Shown here in pieces: positions 25,801 to 38,586 of a stretch of 64,000 nucleotides of DNA. The notes under the pieces were generated by a model, which was not told the origin of the DNA, ran no database searches, and saw only the letters and a list, made by a program, of their open reading frames with translations. Origin of the DNA: Tubiluchus corallicola (lineage: Eukaryota; Animalia; Priapulida); contig JAQGDQ010000128.1 of the NCBI GenBank assembly GCA_030141605.1, forward strand, positions 62,001 to 126,000. The letters are read 5' to 3'. Position 1 is the stretch's first letter. Every line of letters starts with the position of its first letter. A program made the position numbers and the translations under genes.

Positions 25801-28800
25801 CCACAGGTTGCATGCATTGCATTGTGAAAAAAGAAGCAGTTTTTAATTTCCACAAGCTATGCTCTTTTCTTTTTCTCTTGCGTGTAATGCCATATGTTGC
25901 ATCTCACTGGGAGTTCAAATTTCTCTTTTCTATTGTCTTGGGTTTGGTAGCATAGATCTAGTTTTAAGATATTGTGGAGAACATCATCCATATGCACTGA
26001 ATTTTTTCAGAGACAATTTTTATGAGTTTTCTCGGCTTTATTGAAACTGTACAGGTGCACAAGCACACTTTTGCTTACAAATATTGGCAGATAAAGTTGG
26101 TCAACAAAAGTGATACTGAATTTTAAACCCCTTGACAAAAGCTGCTAAAATGAAACATTTATCTAAAAATGAAACATTTTGCATAATTATGTTAAGGATA
26201 TTTGCCTTAATTTTATCTCATTATGGTGACCTGATATTTTCAGATATGGTGTAAAGCCAGACCTATGCGCCCCAACGTAATAATTACAAGTTTGCAGACT
26301 ATTGTTTTTCTGACACTCATATGTATGTATTGATATTAAACTGGAAAAATGTTAACATGCATGAACTTGCATATGCAATTTTTTTGCCAAAAATAGAGAG
26401 TTGAGCCAATTTTTTTACCCGATGCTGTAAATATTTCAAATAGTGCCATAACGTGAGATTTGGACACTAAATGGACATGTCATTGGGTAGGAAATGGAAG
26501 AATTGTAAACTAGGATAAATGTACACATTTCTTATAATATGATGATTGATTCTTATAATTTTTTCTAGGTAAAACTGTCAGAAGTTACTGGAACAGGAAA
26601 AGACGGTCGAATCTTAAAAGAAGATGTTTTGAAGTACATTGAAACCTTGAAGATAGGCCCACCACCAACGGGTAGGCAGCTAACTAATGTTAATAACCAT
26701 CTGAAACTTGTGATTCGATTTAATCACAGTTTGTCATAGTTTCATAAATTTTAATTTGATTTGTTGTTGACCTGCACTTTTTATCTCTTGTTAAACTAAT
26801 TTTGTTTTGAACTGTCTTTTTTGGCAGCCTAAATCTCAAATAGGTGAGATAAAACTGCTCGCAGTAGCACGAGTGGCTTTGGTAAACACACTTTTAAAGC
26901 AGAAGAGCTTTCTGAGATCATGTATTAACTTTTGCGTAAAAAATGCTAGGAGAAAACTGATTGTGACCACCAAACTACAAATTAATTTCGTTTACAAAAA
27001 AGCAGCCATTTACGCCGAGTGTTTTATCATTTATTAAGATTACTAACTACTGTATAACAGTTTCGGCAGAAATTATGTATTTTATGAATTGAAGCATATT
27101 TTGTGTTTCTATTCAAAATTTCCCTAAAAAATTAACTTACAATAATATTTTTCCATTGTAGACTTGTTATTTATGTGGATGTTGATTATTGATTTTTCTT
27201 TATGGATGATTACGCTTGTTATGGAATGTAGCATCTATAGTTCTACATGTGTTTAACTGCACTTTACTGACTCACTGTCAAAAAAACTCTAACAAAATGC
27301 TGCAAAGAAGATTGTTTTTATTCATTGGCAATTCATTGGCAGTTTTTGTTGGCATTACTATGCCACAACTTGGATTTTATATGAATTATGAAAATCATAG
27401 TTCAGCATCCTTGACTGCTGTACATTACATTGGTCAAATATGGATTATAATAGTGCTTATCTTAATGGGTTAACTGCTGTTCAGAAAACTATGTAGTAAT
27501 TTGCCTACAAAGGTCATTTGATCACACAAAATGCATTATCTTTTTTATCATATTTTGTCGATGGTGATAATTGAAAAAAAAACGAAAATCCTAAACTTGC
27601 AACTTTGGTTTATCACAAGGGTTGAACAAAGAGTGAATTAATGCATTAAAGCTGTAGCTTCTAAATGATTTATTTTGGGATTCAAATTTATGTCATTCTT
27701 TTTCAAGCAATTTTGTAATTACAAATTGTTTCAGCTCCAGCAAAAGCAGAAACTGTCAGTCCTCCAAAAACAAAGCCGTACGTACCAAAATCTACTCCTC
27801 TGCCCACAACACCACCCCAGATTGTTCCATCACGTCCGGTCGAAATTCCTTTGGAGGAGGATAAAATGGTACCGTTAAAGGGCTACACTAAGATAATGGT
27901 CAGAACGATGACTGATTCTCTTAGCATACCACACTTTGGTTACTGTGATGAGGTAAGAATATCTAAATACATTTTTATTACATTTTGCTTTTGCTGATTA
28001 GCCTAGTATCCTACATTCAGCATACAGCATCATCCATTTATCATCCAAAATGTATGATACTAATAATGCTTCCAGGCGCTGCACAAGTTCTGACAAATTT
28101 CAAGTTTTTTTGTTGTGATACATAAATGATAATTATATTCAATAATTTTCTAATTATTTAATTCAATGTTAAGTTTATGTCGAAATTAGATCCAAAGTTT
28201 TATGAGCAATTATTCAGTGACAGTTGTTGTAGTTACAGGCGTAGCTTGCATAATATTTCTTTCAAATTATGGAAGCTAAATTCTTATTTTGAAATTTTGT
28301 GTGACTTATGGTAACTGGCAGATATTATAGACAAGACAGTTATTAAGTTTCATTCTTACTTTTTTGCTTATATGTCAGACACGTTAAATAAAATATAGGG
28401 TTTAATATTTTGCAATGTTTTATAGTATAAAAATTATAAATTGTGTTTCATTAAATTGTGAGACAGAGCAGAAATTTTGTGAAATAGATTAACAGCATTG
28501 TAGCATTAGTTTGTTTCATTAGTGTAATTATGCTTTTTGGACTGCTATGTGTTTGACTTTGTTTATGTATTTTTTTATATCTTTGTTTATACTCAGGTTG
28601 ACCTGACTGAATTAGTTCGACTCAAAGATAAGTTAAAACCAGTGGCACAACAGAGAGAAGTTAAATTCACATACATGCCTTTTATGATTAAGGTAGTAAT
28701 AATTCAATTTTCTCATTATCATGTAATTATCATTGCTATCACAAAAATTTAACATGCGATGTACACGGCACTGTAGCATAACTCTTCTCCTTGTTCTTGT

Positions 28801-31451
28801 GGCATGGGACCTTGTCCTACTGGTTGTGTAATGTGCACATAGCACTCTCGAATGTTTTTTACAATGATTTATTGCCAGATCTTTTGTGTGATGGATTTTG
28901 TATGATATTTTAATGAAGTTTAACAGTTTACTGATTAGTTTAGTATAACATAATTTACAATGTAGTTCTATACATTTATTTCTAGGCTGCTTCCATGGCA
29001 TTATACACGTTTCCAGTACTAAATGCTTGTTTAGACGAAAAACAGGAAAATGTTATTTACAAGGTGAGTTTTATATTGTCATGTCTGGAGTTAAGGTCAT
29101 AATAACTGAGTAATTTAAACTACATTTGCTTATCAGCATGGATTTTATGAGTGCTAAGAACACAGTGCTAAAGCAGTGAGTTTTCTTATATGTACTTTGT
29201 GGCAGGAAAGTTTCTTTTCACTGTGTACAAAACATAAGCGAAGTAGCAGTGAAAGTCCTGCTTCGGAATTATCAAAATCATGATTTTGTGATCAGCACAC
29301 AAATTTTACATCAGTAAAGTCTTTGATGTCGTACGAAATGATTATTTATTGTAGTTCTTGAAATGCATTAGCCTTGTTTTGTTGATATGCAATGTGGCAA
29401 TACAACTACAACTGAGAATGCCAACAGATATTGCTTATCATTAGCATTTTAATTACATGTATAAGAATTCTATTTTTACCTATATTTATATTCTCACTTT
29501 TTAACTAGAGCTACCATTGGCTTGTTAGGTGTCGTCTACACAAAAAGATCAATCTAATCCTTTCTAAAAAACAGAATCTTTTAAATGAGTCAGTTAACTT
29601 TTGATTTATGATTACTATGTGCAACACAACTTTCTGTTTACTTGAATTAGTTTTATTTAAATATTTTTAAGCATTTTGTTGTTCTTCTATCCTGCTTACA
29701 TGTTAAAAATTATTGGCAAAAGCATTTTGCTTAATCTTGTTTTGTCTTATACCTCAGTGTTTTACTGGCTTTTATCGTTCTGAAGATAACATTGCTATTC
29801 TTCCAGGCTGCCCATAACGTTGGTGTTGCAATGGATACTGTAGAGGGTCTTATTGTACCAAATATTAAGAATGTTCAGGCACTTAGCATATTTGAAATAG
29901 CAACTGAGCTTAATAGGCTACACCAGCTTGCATTAGTGGGCAAAGTGGGCACTAAAGATCTGGCTGGCACTTCGTTTTCATTATCGAACATTGGTGCAGT
30001 AAGTATTGGCTTATTATATGCTGTTAACATCTTTTATTGCAGTTCAGAAATACTGATAAAATGAGTGTTGTTTTCTGTTTGAAAGAGACTTGGTTGTTAA
30101 TTACTAATCATATTTGTGTAAGGCAGCCATCCAATACACATTTTATTTAAACAATTGTTAAGTCTCCAAGTTCAGTTCCAGCACTAGACCAGCAGAACCA
30201 AAAATGAGCAAAATTGTTTTATTATCTTACAGGCTTATTAGGGTGCAAGAGTCTTGCTGCTGACGGTAAAGTGCATCTCTTTACCAAACTGCCTTACGTC
30301 ACAATGTATGATTGCACCTATGTGTACCTGCGCAACATAGACAGTTATGGCTGCAAATTGAATTAGTCTTTTGTCAAGAATAATCTCCTGCTCAGAAAAA
30401 CTGAACTGGCATAGCTGCCTCAGTCCAGTTCAAATATGTGCACATGCTTTCTCCAGCAAGCAGATATAGCTTGATGCTGAAACCATCCATTTAAACCAGC
30501 CATTCATCTACTAACTAGACTGGCGCACCTCAATTTCACAACCTTCGATTTACATTAAAGATAGAAAAAAATCTTCAAAAATTATCCAATTTGCGACTAT
30601 GTATTAAGCATTTTCGATTGTCTTTCCAGATTGGAGGAACTTACGCAAAACCAGTCATTGTACCCCCAGAAGTGGCAATAGGAGCAGTGGGAAGAATTCA
30701 GGTATGTCAATCAGTAAAAGGAACTTTGAGTATAATTATTACGACATCATTTTTTGTTGGTTTTGCCTAGTGAAGTTCGCTTAGATTTTCTTCTAATAAC
30801 CAAAAATACACATGTATTGGATCGTATTGCAATATGCATATAGACGTGATCTACTTTAATGAATGCCCCCCATTTGCTGTTTATTCTACAATAAAACTTC
30901 CTGTATAGGGAATACCTGCGTGTTCCCCTAACCCATCAACTAGTCTGTTATAACAACGGATTATTGTGTTTGGCAAATTAAATTTAATTTTTGTAGTGAA
31001 ATTTTTGATATGAACTGCATTTCACATACAATGACACATATTCCACATGGTGTTATTTGTAACAGAAGAGTGTAAGTCATTGTATGATGAATTTCAACTT
31101 ACTGAGGACGGTGAATATCAACCTTTCCAACAGTCTGATAAAACCACAGTGTTTAGGAATCCAAACATAATAATGTCATTACAAATGATTCATGTTGCTA
31201 GTCAGTATCTGCATCATGTCGCACGGTATAAATTCTTGATATATAAATAACTAATAATCAGTTTTTTACGAATAATATTGCAGTGTGTCCCAAGGTTTAA
31301 TGAAGAAGAAAAAGTTGTCAAGGCCTACATAATGAATGTCAGCTGGTCAGCTGATCATCGAATCATAGATGGAGCCACTATGGCAAGATTCTCAAATTTA
31401 TGGAAAAGTTTTCTAGAAAATCCATCTGCTATGCTATTAGATCTAAAATGA
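16809..31451 (+). CDS. DBT: Dihydrolipoamide branched-chain transacylase E2 (BCKDH E2), mitochondrial; 12 coding exons, 504 aa
   Basis: All introns GT-AG and phase-consistent: 16809-16871, 21530-21662, 23063-23138, 24451-24638, 25200-25327, 26569-26671, 27735-27952, 28597-28692, 28986-29063, 29807-29998, 30630-30701, 31284-31451 (1515 nt). Encodes a presequence [15 protein letters not shown]...RHFHVS, lipoyl domain [20 protein letters not shown]...[18 protein letters not shown], subunit-binding domain [32 protein letters not shown], then [34 protein letters not shown] and catalytic [16 protein letters not shown]. Exons 1-2 are less certain than exons 3-12. Confidence 0.97.
17129..18468 (-). 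mobile_element. Decayed non-LTR retrotransposon ORF1 (gag-like, three zinc knuckles; possible PHD remnant at the N-terminus) in DBT intron 1
   Basis: ORF 17129-17530 has [15 protein letters not shown] / [14 protein letters not shown] / [18 protein letters not shown], the triple-knuckle pattern of LINE ORF1 with some His residues mutated. An ATG at 18383 gives MAPSRAEWIHLTC (W.H..C). Stops and frameshifts lie between the two parts. Confidence 0.75.
18476..19230 (-). mobile_element. 5'-truncated RTE-clade LINE (RT C-terminal part) with target-site duplication
   Basis: Uninterrupted ORF ...[13 protein letters not shown]...FSYLGSVMT...LYASETW...LAGHILR...[14 protein letters not shown], typical of RTE. 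The 3' tail is taaggtctaaggtaagg on the minus strand. A 7-bp TSD aatatac occurs at 18469-18475 and 19231-19237. Confidence 0.93.
20106..21380 (+). mobile_element. 5'-truncated non-LTR retrotransposon (RTE-X-like), RT from the catalytic DD onward plus C-terminal zinc motif
   Basis: Frame open 20106-21239: [58 protein letters not shown]...[20 protein letters not shown] short 3' UTR is followed by an (AATA)/(TAA) tail at 21358-21380. The clade is assigned from recalled motifs. Confidence 0.9.
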
Positions 31452-32899
31452 AATTCACTGAGCTGTTTGTAATGTCCCAACCAAATGTAGAAATTGCTTT
31501 TGAGGAAGGAAAGTAAATTATAGTTTTTACTGCGAGATAGCCATACGTACCTGTCATCACTGACCATCCAGTTTATTTGTTATAGGCTTGTTACTTCGAG
31601 TATGGCCCACATGCAGTAAATATCATAAGTGGATGTGTTTCTGCATTATTAATAATGTCACATACTACATCATTTCTGATCATGAAATTAATGTTGGATC
31701 TTCAGTAGCATCATTGAGATTGTCTAAATAGTAAGCAGTACTTCATCTAATTGTGCAGTAATAGATTACCATCAGAGAGATGCAGATAAATAATAATGTC
31801 TAAAATCATTAGAAAAAATGGTAATGAAACAATACTGTTATTTTTAATTATGCTAGATGTTGGCTATTCTTTTGCATTTATGCAGTTTATATTGAATTAC
31901 ATTATGTATGATTATGATGCCATTGCACCATACAGTACATGAAAAATTCAGTAAATCTGTATCTCTAGACCTAAATAAATAGGGTAAATGTTCTAAGGTG
32001 ATGACCAGTGACCACTTTTGTGTAGGGAATGTACAATTTGGGGATTTGCAAATGTGACATAATGTTTGGTCGTTTTTCGATAGGTGAATGTAAGTAAACT
32101 GCATTGCACAAGGATGAGAAATCACAGAGCCCACCCATAAAATTTGGGCTGCCCTCTGCTTCTCATCTCTCTGCGCTTGAATTAATCAGTTTCTCTGAAC
32201 TGTGGCCACACTTTGCAAGTGTGTAATAAGTATTTGCTTTTATATTAAATCGTACAAACTTTGTCGCTTTTTAAAAAATATTATGATGTTAATTTTGTGT
32301 TTTTACAAAAGTTAACTTTAGTTACTTGTATTCATTATTCATAAGTCGATTAGTAATTTGTAAGGCAAATTCCACATTTTGTGATTTTTCTAGAAACGCG
32401 AATGCACCTTTTGCAAAATGATGGTAGAGAATACAGAGACGGTTCGTTTTTAGTGGGTTGCAGTAAATTTATGAGTTTAGAAGCCTTTCTGCAGTGTGAC
32501 TGTATGTGTAACAGCTGGGCATGTGCAAAATCCTTGTGATTTCTGGAGAAATATTAGGTTTTTATGCAGAAATGAACTAAATTGACTCGCCTAATGAAAA
32601 TGTTTTGTTTTTGTTTCATTATAATTACGATTTTGCTTGAAACTCAGTCAGTTATTATTACTTTATCCTCTGCTAATATCTTACCTAATAACTCGTTAGG
32701 CTCGCAAACTACGATCAGGAATCTCATCAGGGTAGCCCTGAGCGACAGAAGGCAGTATGTTTAACTCTGACCGCTGTTCAACGAGTGAGCATCAGTCAGT
32801 CGTTATTATGAGTCAACTCCTCTTGGCCCTTTCAGTTTTTTATTTTTTGCCACAAGTATTCAGGTACTGTGAGGTAGATGTGCACATGGGGTTTTAAAA

Positions 32900-33470
32900 A
32901 GCTGTGACTCTAAGAGCTCAAGATAGAAGCCAAAATGTGATAATTACGGCAAACGGTTTGTCACTCAGCTTCTCTTACAGTATAGGATTAGGAGTCAATG
33001 CTTATGCGTGTACTGGTAGCCAGGTAGGTGTTCATGTTCATTAAATGTTTTTTCAAAATGTGGGCATGGCCAGGCTCACGCGACAGAGGCAAAAAGGTTA
33101 AAATGGGGTTAGTGCGCATAGCTTTATCATTCAATTCCTCATGCAGTATTGGATTAGGAGTATGTTTTTGCATTTATAGACAGCTTAGTAGTAAGTATTT
33201 TTCAGAAAGTGGGAGTGGCCATATCAGGTGACGTGAGCAAAAGTATTAAAACGGGGCTTTGTGGGGCTTTGTCAGTAAATGGGAGTGAACAAGCTGGAGG
33301 CGCAAAACTAGCAAGGCAGGTACATGGGATATCCGCTCAGACAACGGGATACTGAACGAATGATCTAGGGTGAAAGTGTCAAAGGACAGGATAGGTATAT
33401 GTCGGTCTTTCGTTAGGTTGTATCTTCTACAATGGTTGGTTTGCGTCTAGGTGGGGTCTCTGTCTCATTT
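32900..33470 (-). mobile_element. Possible highly decayed Penelope-like retroelement fragment
   Basis: Frameshifted minus-strand pieces RKTD, FHPRSF, SIPLSERI, then QKHTPNPILHEE occur in the order of the Penelope RT C-terminal pattern (RKPTD..YL...S.HP....SIP.SQ..R; KHW.IL). Weak similarity only. Confidence 0.35.
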
Positions 33471-36400
33471 ATCGTCTGCGTCTAGAATATCAAATGTGCA
33501 CATGGGAAAATATTTCGCTAAGGGGCAAAAACCGAAAATTGGGGGTTAGGGCAGAATGCTTCGAGTGGGGAGCAATAGTACATTTTAGCATATCAAATGA
33601 AAGGTCCCAATTAGGCAAATCGAATGGTATACATTGCCATACAAAGTCAAGATTGGTTAATCTCTGATCCCACTACGGGTCGAGGAGCAATTATTTCCAG
33701 TGCTGAGCTCGAGCAAAGCTAGCTTGTAGTATGTTAGATGAAAGGTCTCGATGAGATATGAGTGGTAGAAGTTAACAGGAGATTGTTGAATGGGCCATGG
33801 GTTGAAAAGTTACAAGTTGCAATTTCATTGTAGAGTGTAGCGCCTAGATAATCAAGCAGTGTGAGTTCAATAAAATTAGAATGACGACTTTCAAACAAAA
33901 GGCTGACATCATTTCAAAGTCTAATAGGGGGTAATTATATTGTTTGCTAAATCTTCAGTTTCTGACCACGTCAACTAATTACATTGTCAACTAGTTATGA
34001 TGGTTTTTTAATGAATTTGAAATTCTCCGTCTTTACAAATTAAAATAATATGATGACACCATTTATGACAGCTTATTTTTAATTTATAACTACGCACTTA
34101 GTAACAGCTAACTAATTGGCCAGAATAAATGTTGTATACCCTGATTTTCAATTAAAGTGTGGCTAAGTCATCAAGCCTTAATGATCATTTTTATAATTGC
34201 AATAATTTTTTACAGCTGGTCGAATATACTATCATTTTACAGTTACACAACATCCAATTTTTTCATAGTTACAGCATTTTTACAACTACCATTATTCTGT
34301 TCTCCCCCAAAGTAATCTTCTGTTTTATCGAACTTTTATAACTTATCTAAAATCAGTACTTAAAATTGTGCAGTTTACCTTCTGGGGACGCCATACCTGG
34401 CCATGTTGATTAAGGAATGATGAGAGACCGAAAAAAGTCTTCATTTCTTTTTTAATCTTGTTTTGTGTCCTGGTATATGTCCTTAATTGGTTTCTGTTTC
34501 GCTAGTTTGTGAATGTAGCTTTGTCTATATACACTTTCTTTAATAGAGAATTGACTTATTGACTTGCTGCCTGTTGCTATACAAACCTGTACTATTTCAA
34601 AGGCAAAGCAGATTTCCTTGTCTGAGAAACCATCCGTTAATGGTCATTACACTGTAGTGTCAATCCAATATAATATACACGACTGCCCCAACTATAGCAC
34701 CTAACTAGTAAATGCTTTGATGATCATTGAAAAAATTGCTTCTAGTTCTGGACACAGTTTCTTCTGTCATACTGTCTACTTGCCTCATATACACGGCAAA
34801 CATGCCTGAACTACGAACGTGGTTGCTAAGATATGTTGTCAAGCCGTTCACACTGCGACTTTACTTTCAGAGAGAAGTTGCGAGAGAGTCTCTACATCTG
34901 AACGCGTCATTAATTTGAATTCCAAAGTTAATGCAATATTCTTTACACTTATTTATATTTAAGTTGCCTAATCATACTTCCCATTATTTATAGAAAGTAA
35001 GTAGGGCATAAAAATTAATGTTATTATGCAGTTAAACATGAAATGAGTGAAGCAAATTTTAAATTTTATCACTCTGAAAGTCTAATGACAGTGATTATTT
35101 GCTGCGTGAGCGTTATTATTTTGTTGTCCGATTGAGCAGCAAAAACTCATAGTATAGGCGAAACTGGTTTTTTGTTCAAAATGCATTTTACGTAGGTGGT
35201 AAAAGCTGTTTTTTGTTAATTACTGACCCTGTAGAATTTAAGTTCTAGAATTTGTTACGAACAAAAACACAACTAAATACAATTAATTCGTTGACGTGTG
35301 CATAAGCTGTAAAAGTACAATAATCAAAACAGAAAATGTTCATCACAATTAATTATGAGGGATGCCTATTTTGGGCCTAGGACCGAATGCTATAAGCGTT
35401 TCGTGTTATCAAACACCAATGCTTGTTGTAATTTCAAGATGACTGTGCTACGCCATTAATTATCCTACTTATTATTAACAAATGAAGTGGCTATGCGGCC
35501 TGTGCCTGTGTTTAGTTGCTCATTTGTACATACATAATTTCATACTCTCGCTTTAGTAAGTTGCCTGTATAGCTGTTTTAATATAAACCCTTATTGTACC
35601 GCGTCACGAAAAACCTATGAGATTAGTATTATCACACCTTTTGTCACAAGACACCTAAATAAGCCTAAGTGTTATTAACATTCGGCGCACACAGCAAAAT
35701 CTTTGTGCAATAAACATGCGTGGTAGAAATCGTTGCTTGTATGTGCGCCCGACAAAGTTTTCCTTACTTTGGCGCACGCGGATTTCTATTAAACGTGTTC
35801 AATTTCTGTTTATCACAAACTCATAAGACTCTCGTGTGCGCGATCGGTGTACCAATTTGTATCATAAAAAACTACATCAGACCAATAAAAAGAATCGTAA
35901 TGCAAATTGTCATCCAGTAAACTTTGCTGCGGTTACTCTTACAAAGTTCCTCCATACTACAAAACTCACCGCGTACGCGCAAATTTTCAGGGAGACGATT
36001 TGTGTCACACAGTTTGCTGCATACAGATTTTTTATAGTATGCAATTAGAATAGATAAAACAATTGCTGTGCCATACACTGTGCCCGTGCAGTGATATATG
36101 TTTGTCGTTCTTACATATATAGATTCTATTATAGTGATTTTTGAGAACAGTATTTTGTAGGCCTATGCTTCGGGGCAGTATTAGAGACATAAACAACTGT
36201 TATTGTTTTCAATGTCAACCTTTTCGTTTTATTACGCTGGACCCGGTTCACTTTATTATAAAAACGACCATGAGACACTTTACTGTCGAATTATTCGCCA
36301 ATAATGTAAATGTTGAGTCGCTTATTGAAGGAAATTGATATATCTCTTCTTTTTATATAGGACAATGCCTTGCGCAGCCGCCGGGCCTAGCTTGGGTGAC

Positions 36401-38473
36401 AATGCATTGAAAACGCTCAGTGAAATTCTACCGCATTTATAATGTAAACAGCTCACACTCTAATTACTCAAATTAGTCGCTCTAATTTCTCACTTCGCAT
36501 ACTATGCAAAACGCTAAATAACCTTCCTACATTGAAGGTAGGAATGCACGAATTTTTATCATTTAATTGTCTTGTAGAGATCGCTGAATAAAGTGTAAAT
36601 TCCCTATGGGATAGCGACTAACAAAATTCTGGAATGCAAAATCTATGATGCTGCTTTGAATAGGTAATTTATTTAGAATTAAAGTAGTGTAGCTTGCATG
36701 ACTCGGCAGTTTTACGACCAAGCATTTCACGGAGAGGTAACCTTCTCTGGACCAGAAGGTTATCTAGCAAATTACTGTACAGATTTTGGTTTAAAGCATT
36801 AAATTTTACTGCTTCTACTATGTTTTAAGTATAAACTAGAGTGGCTCGGTAGAGAAACAGGAAAGTTGGTCCTGCTGGCAGTATGTTTGCAGTAAATCAC
36901 TATTTTTTTTAACTTTTTAGCTCACTGAAATAGGTGTTTTATGTTATGAATCACATTAGCTGGGAAACTAGTTTAGAATACGCAGCATTGGTTACTCGCT
37001 TATTAATTTTTTTTGCTCAACTGCTTAAATAATTATGTCAATTAGAACGCCGTTTGCCGATGTCATAGAATCCGTTTTTCGTGACTGTGTCATTTAGAAC
37101 GCATTTATTGTTATCGCGAATTCGTTTTTTCGTAAAAGTTTACAATACGGAGTAAAAACTTACTCCAAGCTTATTACATCATGTCAACAACGAAAATGAG
37201 AACACGAGCACCATACCCTTGAAAATTTTTGACTGCTTTTTACGAAATAACTGCATGATACTATCTATAGCTTGAAATAGACAGCATTATACAGTTAATT
37301 CGTAAACGTCTATGTCGTGAGTAGCCCAAAAATCGTGTGTGTATATATGCAACAATTAGTTTAATTCAAAAATCAGCTAATGTCACTTACTCGTGGAAAT
37401 TATCACGTTTGTGTAATGCAAACACTGGGCTCAGTTTGCAACGTTTTTAAGGTTTAATTCTTCTAAAAAAATCTGTAATTTGAGTTTGCCTTTAAGCGTC
37501 CCACAATGTCAAATGCGACATCGCCAACGATATACGTAATTATAATAGAAGAATTAATGTGTCTGTTTGCACCTTTTCACGTTACGGTGCATTCAAACTT
37601 AGTGACAAATTTGACCTTGAATTACCAAGGTGAGGCGTGACATCACCGAAGAAAAGCCCAAATATAGTTCTTGCATTGAATATAAATAATTCACTCATCT
37701 TAAAACAATGTTCAAACTCCTAATTCGGGCTAAGGTATGACATTTTATTTCACACTTATTCTTTAAAACTTTCCTTTAAAGACAAACTTTCTTTAAAGCT
37801 TTCAGCAAAAGTTATATAAACATTATATAGACAATATATATTACACAATATAAATTTAGTTTATTATTACTACTGCTGCTAAGTGCGCCGTAAATTTCGT
37901 AATTATTTTTCTATTGGGTTTGAGTTTTTGAAGCAGTTTTACATTTACTTGGTTAAATTTTTTGTAAGTCTAAACAATTCGGCAAATGCAGTAAATAGAC
38001 TAGTGTAAACCTATAACGTCGACGTTAGAATTGAAACAGCGTCCGAAGACATATAATTGTTTACATTATTAGTGTTGTAACGGGTACAATAAAGAGCTTA
38101 GTTTATTTTACTATTTTGGGCTTTTTGTGTTGGTCTTTAGAAACTTGTGTACAGATCAGACAACATATCACAACTCTCCAACTTATCAGCAATATAACTA
38201 GTCGATTGCAGAATTTACGTGTATCTATTTGATTATTATTTTAAAGGCTTGCTTTTAGGTACTATTATGGAAAGGTGATTATTTAATTTAAAAAACCATG
38301 TTGTCAAAACCTAAAATTTTTGTATAACAAAAAACATTGAAAAAAGTAAGTAATTAAAAGCTTGAAGAATGTTTTATGCTCATGCTTATCTTGTTTATAG
38401 CGTAAGACTCTCTAGCAAAGATCTAGCGAATCTCTAGCAATTGATCTTTGCAAAGACTAGGCAAACGAATACA

Positions 38474-38586
38474 GGCAATAAAGTCACAGGTAAAAAAACA
38501 CATAAAAAAGTCACAGGAAACCTAACCCTAACTCTAGCCAAAATTGTGACTTTTATTCGTGATTTCTTTCCTGTGACTTTATTACC
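38474..38586. repeat. Short palindromic element: aaagtcacagg sub-repeats in inverted arms around a cctaaccctaac core
   Basis: ggcaataaagtcacagg (38474-38490) matches the reverse complement of cctgtgactttattacc (38570-38586) at 16 of 17 positions. A second inner pair is aaaagtcaca / tgtgactttt. Confidence 0.85.
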
